A stretch of 63,004 nucleotides of DNA, taken from positions 1 through 63,004 of the forward strand of contig DATLEX010000175.1 in NCBI GenBank assembly GCA_035525045.1. The letters are read 5' to 3'. Source of the DNA: Thermoanaerobaculia bacterium (GTDB lineage Bacteria; Acidobacteriota; Thermoanaerobaculia; Gp7-AA8). Positions 52,708-61,467 of this stretch are shown piece after piece. The position numbers and the translations under genes are program-made. Numbering within the stretch: the stretch's first letter is position 1; each line of letters opens with the position of its first letter. The notes under the pieces were generated by a model. It saw nothing but the letters and a program-made list of their open reading frames with translations. It ran no database searches and was not told the origin of the DNA.

Positions 52708-53979
52708 ATGCTGACCTACCGCTCCGGGATCCTTCACATCGGCGAGCATTCGGCGGTCGACCTGGCGGCGCGATTCGGCACGCCGCTCTACGTCTACGAT
52801 GCCGCCGTCATCGAGGCGCAGACCGCCAGGATCAAGCGAGCCTTCTCCCGGCTCCCCTTCCGGCCGTTCTACGCCATGAAGGCCAACGGGAACCTCTCGA
52901 TTCTGCGTCTCATCCGGGAGCATCGGTTCGGCTGCGACGCGGTCTCGCCGGGTGAGATCCACCTGGCCCGGCGCGCCGGCTTCGACCCGGAGGAGATCTG
53001 GTTCACCTGCTCGAGCGTCTCCGACGACGACCTCCGCGCGGTCGGCGACCCGCGGATCGTGATCAACGTGAATTCGGTCTCGGAGATCGACCGCTGCCTG
53101 GCCCTCGACCTGTCCAATCCCATCGCCCTGCGCGTCAACCCCGACGTCGGGGCCGGACACCACCACGACGTGGTCACCGCCGGCGGAGGGGTGAAGTTCG
53201 GGATCGACGTGGCCGAGATCGAGACCGCGCGCATGCTCGTCGAGGACTCGGGACGACAAGTCGTCGGGCTTCACGCCCACATCGGCTCGGGCGTGAACGA
53301 GGTGGCTCCCCTGCTCGATTCGGCGCGTACGCTGCTCGAGCTCTCCCCCGGTTTCGAGCACCTGCGCTGGCTCAATTTCGGCGGCGGCATCGGCGTCCCC
53401 TACAAGCCGGGCGAGGCGGAGTTTCCCATCGAGGAGTACGGGCGCGAGCTGGCGGCTTTCGCCGAGCCGCTCCTCCGCCCCCGCGGCCTGACCGCCATCC
53501 TCGAGCCCGGACGCTACCTGGTGGCCGCTTCCGGGGTCCTCCTCTCCCGCGTCACCACCAAGCGCATCAGCGCCGGCTCCGACTGGATCGGCTGCGACAC
53601 CGGCTTCAATCACCTCGCCCGCCCCTCCAAGTACGGCGCGTATCACCACATCGTGAACGCCAGCGCCGGATTTCCGGCCTCCCTTCGCGAGACGTTCGAT
53701 CCGAAGCAGATGAAGGAGGAGCTGGTCGTGGCCGGCAACATCTGCGAATCGGGCGACGTCTTCACGCGCACCGCCGGCGGCGCGGTGATCGCCAGGCCCA
53801 TGCCGAAGACGACTGTCGGCGACCTGATCGCCTTCTGCGACGCCGGCGCCTACGGCTTCTCCATGGCCTCCCACTACAACGCCCGCCTCCTGCCGCCGGA
53901 GGTTCTCGTCCGCGGCGGCGAGGCCCGTCTGATTCGCGAACGTCAGACGTACGACGATCTGCTGAGGGGGCAGGAGTGA
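52708..53979 (+). CDS. lysA: PLP-dependent group IV decarboxylase, diaminopimelate decarboxylase-like
   Basis: PLP-lysine context FYAMKANGN, with the HIGSG and GNICESGD motifs. 423 aa. It is the first gene of a three-gene overlapping operon. Confidence 0.78.
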   Translation: MLTYRSGILHIGEHSAVDLAARFGTPLYVYDAAVIEAQTARIKRAFSRLPFRPFYAMKANGNLSILRLIREHRFGCDAVSPGEIHLARRAGFDPEEIWFTCSSVSDDDLRAVGDPRIVINVNSVSEIDRCLALDLSNPIALRVNPDVGAGHHHDVVTAGGGVKFGIDVAEIETARMLVEDSGRQVVGLHAHIGSGVNEVAPLLDSARTLLELSPGFEHLRWLNFGGGIGVPYKPGEAEFPIEEYGRELAAFAEPLLRPRGLTAILEPGRYLVAASGVLLSRVTTKRISAGSDWIGCDTGFNHLARPSKYGAYHHIVNASAGFPASLRETFDPKQMKEELVVAGNICESGDVFTRTAGGAVIARPMPKTTVGDLIAFCDAGAYGFSMASHYNARLLPPEVLVRGGEARLIRERQTYDDLLRGQE

Positions 53980-55616
53980 CGTCTGATCTCACGCCCAGGT
54001 CCTTCGCTGCCCTGGCTGCGATACTCCTCCTCTCCTGCACGACGACCGCACCGAAACCAGCCATGCTCGACCTGAAGATCATCAACGGACGCATCCTCGA
54101 CGGCACCGGCGCGCCGTGGTTCCGCGGCGACCTCGGCCTCCGCGGCGATACCGTGGCGGCGATCGGCGACCTCTCCTCCGCGCCGGCCGCCACCACCATC
54201 GACGCCGCCGGCCGGATCGTCTCTCCCGGCTTCATCGACCTCCTCGGCTGGTCGCACTACTCGGTGCTCGAGGACCCGCACCTGGAGGCGAAGGTCCGCC
54301 AGGGCGTGACCACGGAGGTGACCGGCGAGGGATTCTCCCCTGGACCCGCCCGTCCGGGGGCGCGGGAGCGCCGGTGGGAGACCCTCGGCGACTATCTCGA
54401 CCTCGTCGACCGGCAGGGGAGCGCCATCAACTTCGCCCTCCTGATGGGAGCGTCGAACGCCCGGCAGATCGTGATCGGGAACGTGAACCGCGCTCCCACC
54501 GCGGAAGAGATGCGACGGATGGAAGCCATCGTGGAGCAGGGAATGCGCGACGGGGCCATCGGCCTCTCCACGTCTCTGATCTACGTGCCGGCCATGTACT
54601 CCACGACCGAAGAGATCATCGAACTGGCCCGCGTCGCCGCCCGGCATGGCGGGATGTACTTCACGCACATGCGCGACGAGGGCGAGCGCATCGCTCAGGC
54701 GCTCGAGGAGACCTTCCGCATCGGCAGGGAGGCGAACATCCCGGTGAACATCTGGCACCTGAAGACAGCGGGCCGGCCGAACTGGGGGCGGATGCCGGAG
54801 GTGATCCGGCGGATCGAGGAGGCGCGCGCATCGGGCGTCGACGTGGCGGCGAATGTCTATCCCTACCCCGCCTCGTCGACGAACCTCGCCACGCTCGTCC
54901 CCGACTGGGCGATGGAGGGCGGCTACGGACAGCTCGCCGAGCGGCTCCGCGACCCCGAACAGCGCCGGCGGATCGTCGACGAGCTGCGCCGGCAGCTTGC
55001 GCGGCGGGGGGAGAAGGGCATCTACATCGCTCGTATCGGCAACTCCGACCACTCCATGTACGAGAAGAAGTTCATCGAGGAGATCGCGGCGATGATGGAG
55101 CTTCCTCCGGAGGACGCGCTCGTCCGCCTGTACATCGAGAATCCGACGCCGCCGCAGACGATCTTCTTCTCCATGAGCGAGGACGACGTGCAGTACGCGC
55201 TGCGCCAGCCGTTCATCTCCGTCGGCGCCGACTCCGCCTCGCCGCCGCCGGCGGTGCGTGCCGCCGGGACGGCCGTCCACCCGCGGGCCTACGGGACCTT
55301 CGCCCGCGTGATCGGACACTACGCCCGCGACCTGCGGCTCTTCACTCTGGAGGAGGCCGTTCGCAAGATGACGTCGCAGGCCGCGCAGCGCGCCCACCTG
55401 TTCGACCGCGGAATCCTCCGCCCCGGGATGAAGGCGGACATCATCGTCTTCGATCCCGATCGGGTCCGCGACCTCTCCCGCTTCGACGACCCGCACCGCT
55501 TCTCCGAGGGAATCTCGCACGTGATCGTGAACGGGGTGGCGGTCTTGCGCGAGGGGGAGATGACCAGGGCCCTGCCCGGGCGTACGTTGCGCGGTCGGGG
55601 ATATGAGGGACGATGA
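53976..55616 (+). CDS. N-acyl-D-amino-acid deacylase (D-aminoacylase) family amidohydrolase, lipoprotein signal
   Basis: Strong similarity, from memory, to Alcaligenes D-aminoacylase: THMRDEGERIAQALEETFRIGRE and HPRAYGTFARVIGHYARD. The N-terminal AAILLLSC is lipobox-like. The GTG start overlaps the lysA-like stop. Confidence 0.8.
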   Translation: MTSDLTPRSFAALAAILLLSCTTTAPKPAMLDLKIINGRILDGTGAPWFRGDLGLRGDTVAAIGDLSSAPAATTIDAAGRIVSPGFIDLLGWSHYSVLEDPHLEAKVRQGVTTEVTGEGFSPGPARPGARERRWETLGDYLDLVDRQGSAINFALLMGASNARQIVIGNVNRAPTAEEMRRMEAIVEQGMRDGAIGLSTSLIYVPAMYSTTEEIIELARVAARHGGMYFTHMRDEGERIAQALEETFRIGREANIPVNIWHLKTAGRPNWGRMPEVIRRIEEARASGVDVAANVYPYPASSTNLATLVPDWAMEGGYGQLAERLRDPEQRRRIVDELRRQLARRGEKGIYIARIGNSDHSMYEKKFIEEIAAMMELPPEDALVRLYIENPTPPQTIFFSMSEDDVQYALRQPFISVGADSASPPPAVRAAGTAVHPRAYGTFARVIGHYARDLRLFTLEEAVRKMTSQAAQRAHLFDRGILRPGMKADIIVFDPDRVRDLSRFDDPHRFSEGISHVIVNGVAVLREGEMTRALPGRTLRGRGYEGR

Positions 55617-56947
55617 ACGAGAACACCGCAAAGCTCGTCCGCACCATCGGCTTCTGGGGACTCGTGGCGATGTGCATCAACGCCGTCGTCGGGAGCGGGG
55701 TGTTTCTGCTGCCGTCCGAGACCTATCGCCTGCTCGGGCCCTTCTCGCTCTGGGCGCCGCTGCTGTTCGCCGTCCCCGTGTTCATCCTCGTGCTCTGTTT
55801 CGCCGAGGCGGCCAGTCACTTCAACGAGCCGGGAGGGGCATTCCTCTATGCCAGGACGGCCTTCGGCGACTTCATCGGCTTCGAGACCGGCTGGATGAAC
55901 TGGCTGGCCCGTGTGACCTCGCTGGCGTCCCTCTCCAACGGGTTCGTCGTCGCGCTGGCCCGCCTGGTCCCCGAACTGGGGAGCGGCGCTCTCCGCCACG
56001 CCACGATCGTGGCCATGATCGTCATCCTGGCCGGCATTCACCTCGCCGGGGTCCGGTACGGGGCGGCGTCGATCTACGTCTTCACCTTCGGGAAGCTGCT
56101 GCCGTTGATCGGCTTCATTCTCGTGGCGCTGATTGTCTGGCGGTCCAACCCCCTCCCCGCCTCCTTCGACGTTCCAGGTGCCGGCACCGACTGGAACGCG
56201 GCCGCGCTCTTCATGCTCTTCGCCTACGCCGGGTTCGAGAACCTCGGCGTGCCGGCCGGCGAGTACAAGAACCCGCAGCGCCATCTCCCCTTCGCCCTCC
56301 TCACCGGGATCCTGGCCATCGCCGCCATCTACGTCCTGGCGCAGCTCGGGGCCATGGCCACCATCCCCGATCTGTCGGCGACGCAGACCGCGATCGCCGA
56401 CGCCGCGGGCGTCCTCATCGGAGGGGCCGGGGCGGTCATCGTGACGATTGGCGCGCTGCTGTCGATCGCCGGTACGAACTCCGGCACGATGCTCGAGGGG
56501 TCGCGCATGCTCTACGCCCTCTCCCTCGGGCGGCGGTACGTCGGCGCGGTCGGCTACGTCCATCCGCGGTTCCGCACGCCGACCGTCGCCATCGTCATTC
56601 ATGCCGGCTTCGCCCTCGTCCTGGCGTTGGCCGGATCCTTCGTACAGTTGGCCATGCTCTCGGCCGTGGCGCGCCTGACGACCTACCTGGTCACCTGCGC
56701 CGCCGTGCCGAGGCTGCGCAAGATGGGCTCGGTGCAGGTCCTCGGCGCGCCGGTCGCGCCGCCGGAGCCGGGAGCGCCGCCGAAGTTCCGTCTCCCCGGC
56801 GGCCCTGTCATCCCCATCCTCGGCGTGATGGTCTCGCTGGCCGTTTTCCTCTCGCTCAGCTGGTTCAACTTCGCCGCCGCCGGCATCGCCCTCGCCGCCG
56901 GCGCCCTCCTCTACCTCGCAAGTAGAGTCCCAAGGGGTCAGGTCTAA
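55613..56947 (+). CDS. APC-superfamily amino acid permease
   Basis: 444 aa with ~12 TM. The N-terminus IGFWGLVAMCINAVVGSGVFLLPSE is typical of APC transporters. ATGA overlap with the upstream gene. Confidence 0.88.
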   Translation: MNENTAKLVRTIGFWGLVAMCINAVVGSGVFLLPSETYRLLGPFSLWAPLLFAVPVFILVLCFAEAASHFNEPGGAFLYARTAFGDFIGFETGWMNWLARVTSLASLSNGFVVALARLVPELGSGALRHATIVAMIVILAGIHLAGVRYGAASIYVFTFGKLLPLIGFILVALIVWRSNPLPASFDVPGAGTDWNAAALFMLFAYAGFENLGVPAGEYKNPQRHLPFALLTGILAIAAIYVLAQLGAMATIPDLSATQTAIADAAGVLIGGAGAVIVTIGALLSIAGTNSGTMLEGSRMLYALSLGRRYVGAVGYVHPRFRTPTVAIVIHAGFALVLALAGSFVQLAMLSAVARLTTYLVTCAAVPRLRKMGSVQVLGAPVAPPEPGAPPKFRLPGGPVIPILGVMVSLAVFLSLSWFNFAAAGIALAAGALLYLASRVPRGQV

Positions 56948-57164
56948 AAATTTAACTTCGCGTCTACCACTTGTAGACGCAGAGCGGAGTTGGCGGCAGG
57001 GTGTCTGCCGGAGGAGCGCGGCCGTGTCAGTTTCGAGCCGCGGAGATGGCGAGAAATCCCCCGCCGGCCGAACGATTTCCGTGCTTCTCGCGGGGAATTC
57101 CTCGCTCTCTGAAGCGAATGTCTACCGCTGGTAGACGCGAAGTTAAATTTTCAGACCTGACCCC
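56934..57164. repeat. 231-bp nested palindromic (MITE-like) element with 36-bp AT-rich terminal inverted repeats
   Basis: Left terminus: GGGGTCAGGTCTAAAAATTTAACTTCGCGTCTACCA (56934-69). The right terminus, reverse-complemented, reads GGGGTCAGGTCTGAAAATTTAACTTCGCGTCTACCA (ends 57164). That is 35 of 36 identical. The interior carries a diverged copy of the GAGAAATCCCCCGCC / GCGGGGAATTCCTCGC core seen at 25022-25145. There is no ORF with coding character. Confidence 0.88.
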
Positions 57165-57178
57165 CTACTTCCCCTACT

Positions 57179-58510
57179 TCAGATGGCGTCGGAGAGGCTG
57201 GAGAAGGTGAATTGGGTGCGGACGGCGGGGCAGACGATCGAGAAGTCCTCCGACTGCGAACCGCGGGTGCGCACCTCGCGCGACATGGCGTCGATCTTCG
57301 ACAGGACCGACACCGGCGAGTCGTTGAAACGGAAGTTCCGCAGCGCGCGGCGGATGCGCCCGTTCTCGACCTTGAACACCCCGTCGCGCGTCAGACCGGT
57401 GAGCAGGATGTTCTGCGGGTCGAGATAGCGGATGTACCAGAGACGCGTGACCAGCACGCCGTTCTTCGTGCCCCGGACCAGGTCCGCGACCGAGCCGCTG
57501 CCGCCCTTCATCACGAGGTTCACGGGGCTCGGCGCCGGCTCGGCTTTCATCTTCTGCGCCCAGTAGCGGCTGTACACGAGGTTCTTCAGCACGCCATTCT
57601 CGATCCAGGTCATCCGCCGGGTGGGCAGGCCCTCGCCTGTGAAGACCCTCTGCGGCGCGCGCGTGTCGGCGGGGTCGGTCCAGATCGTCACCCGTTCGGA
57701 GACGACCTTCTCCCCCAGCTTCGTCCCTCCGCCCTTCTTCGCGAAGAAGGACCGCCCCTCGTCCGCCGAGCGGGCATCGAGCTGGAAGGTCAGGAAGAAG
57801 AGGAGGTCGGCCAACGCGGCCGGCTCGAGGATGACCGTGTACGTCCCGGGATCGATGGCTCGCGGGTTGCGCGACAGGACCGCTTTCTCCGCCGCCGCCG
57901 CGACGAGGGCGGGAGCGTTCATCTGCTGCAGGCGGTCGACGTTGGTGCCGGCCCACCCCGATCCGCTTCCCTCGCGCGTCCGGACGGTGTTCGAGAAGGT
58001 AGCGCGGGAGAGGCGGTCGTAGGCGAAGAGGCCGGCCGAGTTGCCGAGGGCGGTCACCGTGCCGGAGTTGGTGATGAAGCCTGCGGCGACGAGGTTCCCC
58101 TTCTTCGCCAACTGCAGCGCGTGCCCGGCCACGCCGGCTCGGAACTCGGGAGCGGCGTTCGCGGTAGCCTCGTCGTAGATCGTCCGATCGTCGTACTTCT
58201 GCTCGCCGAGCAGAGGCATGGCTTCGGGGTCCTCAGGCGCCAGGCGCGCCGTCTCCTCCGCGCGCCGAACCACGCGAGTGAGGCTGTCGGTGTCGAACTG
58301 GTTGATCGACGCGGCGCCGCTGCGCTTCCCGAACGACGCCTGCACCGTGATCACCACGTCGCTCACGTCGCCGGAGGTCGAGACCTCGTTGTTGGCGTAG
58401 CGGAGGTTGGCCTCGCGACTGGCCTCGATGGAGACCGCCGTCTCGCCGGCCTTCGAGAGCTCGAGCGTCCGGCGGATGATGTCGCGCGCTTCGTCGCGTG
58501 TCAGGCTCAC
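57179..58510 (-). CDS. pmbA: TldE/PmbA family metalloprotease subunit
   Basis: 443 aa with a typical PmbA N-terminus (MSLTRDEARDIIRRTLELSKAGETAVSIEASREANLRYANNEV). 4-nt overlap with tldD. Confidence 0.88.
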   Translation of the reverse strand: MSLTRDEARDIIRRTLELSKAGETAVSIEASREANLRYANNEVSTSGDVSDVVITVQASFGKRSGAASINQFDTDSLTRVVRRAEETARLAPEDPEAMPLLGEQKYDDRTIYDEATANAAPEFRAGVAGHALQLAKKGNLVAAGFITNSGTVTALGNSAGLFAYDRLSRATFSNTVRTREGSGSGWAGTNVDRLQQMNAPALVAAAAEKAVLSRNPRAIDPGTYTVILEPAALADLLFFLTFQLDARSADEGRSFFAKKGGGTKLGEKVVSERVTIWTDPADTRAPQRVFTGEGLPTRRMTWIENGVLKNLVYSRYWAQKMKAEPAPSPVNLVMKGGSGSVADLVRGTKNGVLVTRLWYIRYLDPQNILLTGLTRDGVFKVENGRIRRALRNFRFNDSPVSVLSKIDAMSREVRTRGSQSEDFSIVCPAVRTQFTFSSLSDAI

Positions 58511-59961
58511 ATCGACCTCGCTGTGTTGATGATGTTGACGTTGCGGAAGCGGGCCGGCGCACAGCCGTGCGAGACCGCGTTGGCCTGTCCCGGTTCTCCC
58601 TTGCCGTCATAGAACGAACCGCCGAGGGCGTAGCCGTCGGAGCAGATGCGGTCGCACGAGCCCCAGAACTCCGGAGTGATGGCCTGATAGGCGGCGTCTT
58701 CGATCAGCCCGGCGATCCTCCCGTCGCGGATCTCCCAGAAGAGCTGCGCGGAGAACTGAAAGTTGTAGCGCTGCTGGTCGATCGAATACGACGAGCGCCC
58801 CTCGCCGAGGATCCCCCGTTTGGTCCCGGCGATGAGCTCCTCCAGAGTGAGCTTCTCCTCGCCGGGGCGCAGAGAGAGGTTGGGCATCCTCTGGAACGGC
58901 ACCGAGCCCCAGGAGTCGGCGTGGGAACAGGCGTGCGAGCTCTCCTTGCCGATCCAGGCGGCCTGCTCGCGGGTGGTCTGGTAATCGACGAAGATCCCCT
59001 TCCGGACGATGTCCCACTCGTGCGTCGGGACGCCGTCGTCGTCGTACCCGAGGGTGGCCAGGGCCATCGGCTGCGTGCGGTCGGCGAAGAAGTTCACGAT
59101 GTCCGAGCCGAACTTGAACTTTCCGAGCTTGTCGGGGGTGAGGAACGACGTGCCGGCGAAGTTCGCCTCGTAGCCCATGGCCCGATCGAGCTCAGTCGGA
59201 TGTCCGACGGACTCATGGATGGTGAGCCAGAGATTCGACGGCGCCAGGATGAGATCGTACTTCCCCGGCTCGACGCTCTTCGCCGAGAGCTTTCGGACGG
59301 CCTGCTCGGCGGCCGTCGCGGCTTCCTCCAACCAGGGGTAGCTCTCGATCCATTCGTACCCGGTGCCGATCGGCTCGGCGAGGGAGTTGCGCGTCTTGAA
59401 TTTTCCGGCCTTCCGATCGACCGCCGTCACGGTGAAGCCCGGCATCTGCCGGATGATGATCTGCTCGATCTCCGACCCTTCCGTCGACGCGAACTGCTTC
59501 TCCTCCTTGACGAAGTGGAGGTACGAGGTGCAGAACGCGGCGCCGTTCTTCAACGCCGCGGCGTTGATGGCCAGCAAAAGATCGACCTTCCGCTCGGTCG
59601 GGACGCGGAAGGGGTCCTTCGTCACCGGCGTCTGCCAGGTGTCCTTGTAGGCTTCCACCGGCGCCAGCACCACCGGCTTCCCCTGCGCGGCGCGGTTGGC
59701 GCGAGCGATCGCCACGGCCTGCGCGGCGACGCGGTCGACCTCGGCCGGCGAGACCTCTCGCGAGGCGGCGAAACCCCACGTGCCATCCACGAGCACCCGG
59801 ATACCGGTGCCGAACGACTCGCGATTGGTGATGCTCGTGACGCGCTTCTCGCGCGTGTTGATCGACTGCCGAAGGTAACGGTTCACCCGCACGTCGGCGT
59901 ACGACGCCCCTTTCTGTTTCGCGGTCTCGATGGCGCGCATGAGCAGCTCGCGATCCTGCAT
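58507..59961 (-). CDS. tldD: TldD family metalloprotease subunit (no signal peptide of its own)
   Basis: Start at ATG 59961 (MQDRELLMRAIETAKQKGASYADVRV). HExxxH motif HESVGHPTELD. The ORF-track extension to 60180 is non-coding-like (Ser/Pro/Thr/Ala/Arg) and overlaps a better ORF in another frame. Confidence 0.88.
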   Translation of the reverse strand: MQDRELLMRAIETAKQKGASYADVRVNRYLRQSINTREKRVTSITNRESFGTGIRVLVDGTWGFAASREVSPAEVDRVAAQAVAIARANRAAQGKPVVLAPVEAYKDTWQTPVTKDPFRVPTERKVDLLLAINAAALKNGAAFCTSYLHFVKEEKQFASTEGSEIEQIIIRQMPGFTVTAVDRKAGKFKTRNSLAEPIGTGYEWIESYPWLEEAATAAEQAVRKLSAKSVEPGKYDLILAPSNLWLTIHESVGHPTELDRAMGYEANFAGTSFLTPDKLGKFKFGSDIVNFFADRTQPMALATLGYDDDGVPTHEWDIVRKGIFVDYQTTREQAAWIGKESSHACSHADSWGSVPFQRMPNLSLRPGEEKLTLEELIAGTKRGILGEGRSSYSIDQQRYNFQFSAQLFWEIRDGRIAGLIEDAAYQAITPEFWGSCDRICSDGYALGGSFYDGKGEPGQANAVSHGCAPARFRNVNIINTARSM

Positions 59962-59962
59962 C

Positions 59963-60214
59963 TCAGATCTCCAGTCCCAGGACGCAGCGGTCGCGGTCGG
60001 CGCCCGGGGTGCGGAAACGAAGGGCGTGGTCGCGGGCCGCCTCGAAGGAGCGGCCGCCGAGACCTCCGTCGTCGACGGTGGCGAGGTAGGGGTCGCCTTC
60101 GAACATCTCGTGCTGCGGAACGGGCTCGCCGCCGCCAGCCACTGGCGCCCAGAGCACCGTCCCACCCGCGACGACGGCACTCGTCACCAGGAACTCGCGT
60201 CGGGTCTGCTTCAT
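59963..60214 (-). CDS. small protein with twin-arginine (Tat) signal peptide
   Basis: 83 aa. MKQTRREFLVTSAVVAGGTVLWAP carries the RRxFL Tat motif followed by an h-region. GC3-rich codons run throughout. Its stop TGA ends 1 nt before the tldD ATG (TGAgATG). Confidence 0.65.
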   Translation of the reverse strand: MKQTRREFLVTSAVVAGGTVLWAPVAGGGEPVPQHEMFEGDPYLATVDDGGLGGRSFEAARDHALRFRTPGADRDRCVLGLEI

Positions 60215-60262
60215 GGTTTGGGGAGAATATCAAAAGACACGCAGCGTGCCCCCTTCCGCCCA

Positions 60263-60289
60263 GATTCCTCGCTTGCGGTCGGAATGACA
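60263..60289. repeat. half-copy of the GATTCCTCGC...CGGAATGACA palindromic element
   Basis: GATTCCTCGCTTGCGGTCGGAATGACA matches the right half of the 25022-25145 element. I found no left half. Confidence 0.6.
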
Positions 60290-60292
60290 GGC

Positions 60293-60829
60293 TTACCCGA
60301 ACATCCAGGTACAGATGATCACGGCGGCGATGACGGCGGCGAGGTCGCCGAGGAGGGCCGCGGGGACGGCGTGGCGCATTCGCCGCACGCCGATCGCACC
60401 GAAGTACACCGCCAGGACGTAGAACGTCGTCTCGGTGCTGCCGTACATCGTCGCGGCCATGCGCCCGATCAGCGAGTCGGGGCCGTGCTGGTTGATCAGG
60501 TCAGTGGTGAACGCCAGCGACCCGCTGCCCGAGAGCGACCGCAGGATGGCCAGCGGCATCAGCTCGGCGGGGAACCCCGTCGCGTCCATGACCGGCTGCA
60601 GCCCCGCCGTCAGAAGGTCCATCGCCCCCGAGCCGCGGAACATTCCGATCGCCACCAGGATCCCGACCAGGAAAGGGATGATCCGGACCGCGACCTGGAA
60701 CCCTTCCTTCGCTCCCTCGATGAAGACGTCGTACACCTTCACCTTCCGGACGATCCCGTACAGCGGGATCCCCACCAGGAGCACGGGGATGGCCCAGAGC
60801 GAGATGGCGTCGAGCGCGGCCCGGATCAC
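60293..60829 (-). CDS. spmB: nucleoside-recognition (Gate) domain membrane protein, SpmB-like
   Basis: 178 aa and polytopic (MIRAALDAISLWAIPVLLVGIPLYG...). It pairs with the upstream SpmA-like gene through a 4-nt overlap. Confidence 0.75.
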   Translation of the reverse strand: MIRAALDAISLWAIPVLLVGIPLYGIVRKVKVYDVFIEGAKEGFQVAVRIIPFLVGILVAIGMFRGSGAMDLLTAGLQPVMDATGFPAELMPLAILRSLSGSGSLAFTTDLINQHGPDSLIGRMAATMYGSTETTFYVLAVYFGAIGVRRMRHAVPAALLGDLAAVIAAVIICTWMFG

Positions 60830-61434
60830 TCGGCCACCTCACCCTCGGCCTCGCGCTCCCGGTAGAAGCGCTGGAGCACTTTCGCGGCGATCACGGTCAC
60901 GATCGTTCCGACGGTGGTGGCGATCAGCGTCGTGGCGATGATCGCGGTCGGGTTCGCCGACCCGGCGGCGACGAGAATCCCGATCATCGTCGCCGGCACC
61001 AACTGCACGCCGGACGTGATCAGGGCCATGAACGTCACCTGGGCGTTCGAGGCGGTGTCCTTGTCGGGACTCAGCTCCTGCAGGCTCTCCATGGCCTTGA
61101 TGCCGAGCGGCGTAGCGGCATTGTTGAGCCCCAGCATGTTCGCGGCGACGCTCATGATGATGGCTCCCATGGCCGGATGCTCGGCAGGGACCTCCGGAAA
61201 GAGGAGCCGGCTGACCGGCCGCAGCGCCCGTCCCAGCAGCGTCACCAGCCCGGAGGCCTCGGCGATGCGCATGATCCCGAGCCAGAGGGCCATGATCCCG
61301 ATCAGGCCGAGGGAGATGTCCACGGCCGTCTTCGCCGAGTCGACCGCCCCCTTCGTCACCCCTTCCGCCGTGCCGCTGAACGCGGCAACGACGAGGGCGA
61401 TGGCCATCAGCCCGAACCAGATGTAGTTCAACAT
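60826..61434 (-). CDS. spmA: nucleoside-recognition (Gate) domain membrane protein, SpmA-like
   Basis: 202 aa, MLNYIWFGLMAIALVVAAF...GIMALWLGIMRIAEASGLV, typical of SpmA. Confidence 0.75.
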   Translation of the reverse strand: MLNYIWFGLMAIALVVAAFSGTAEGVTKGAVDSAKTAVDISLGLIGIMALWLGIMRIAEASGLVTLLGRALRPVSRLLFPEVPAEHPAMGAIIMSVAANMLGLNNAATPLGIKAMESLQELSPDKDTASNAQVTFMALITSGVQLVPATMIGILVAAGSANPTAIIATTLIATTVGTIVTVIAAKVLQRFYREREAEGEVAE

Positions 61435-61467
61435 GCGCCGAATTGTATGTGCAGCGCGGACGGGTCC

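Noticed and set aside
56934-57164. Autonomous mobile element, prophage or integrative island anywhere in the window.
   Set aside because: I recognised no transposase, integrase, recombinase or phage-like ORF. The repeat elements have no coding capacity. The flanking genes are core housekeeping genes.
59959-60214. Treating the Tat-signal ORF and tldD as one frameshifted gene and annotating it as a pseudogene.
   Set aside because: - The small ORF keeps strong coding bias right up to its own stop.
- tldD begins at a canonical N-terminus 1 nt later.
- The upstream continuation of the tldD frame is non-coding-like.

I therefore annotated two genes. A frameshift is still listed as the alternative in the finding.
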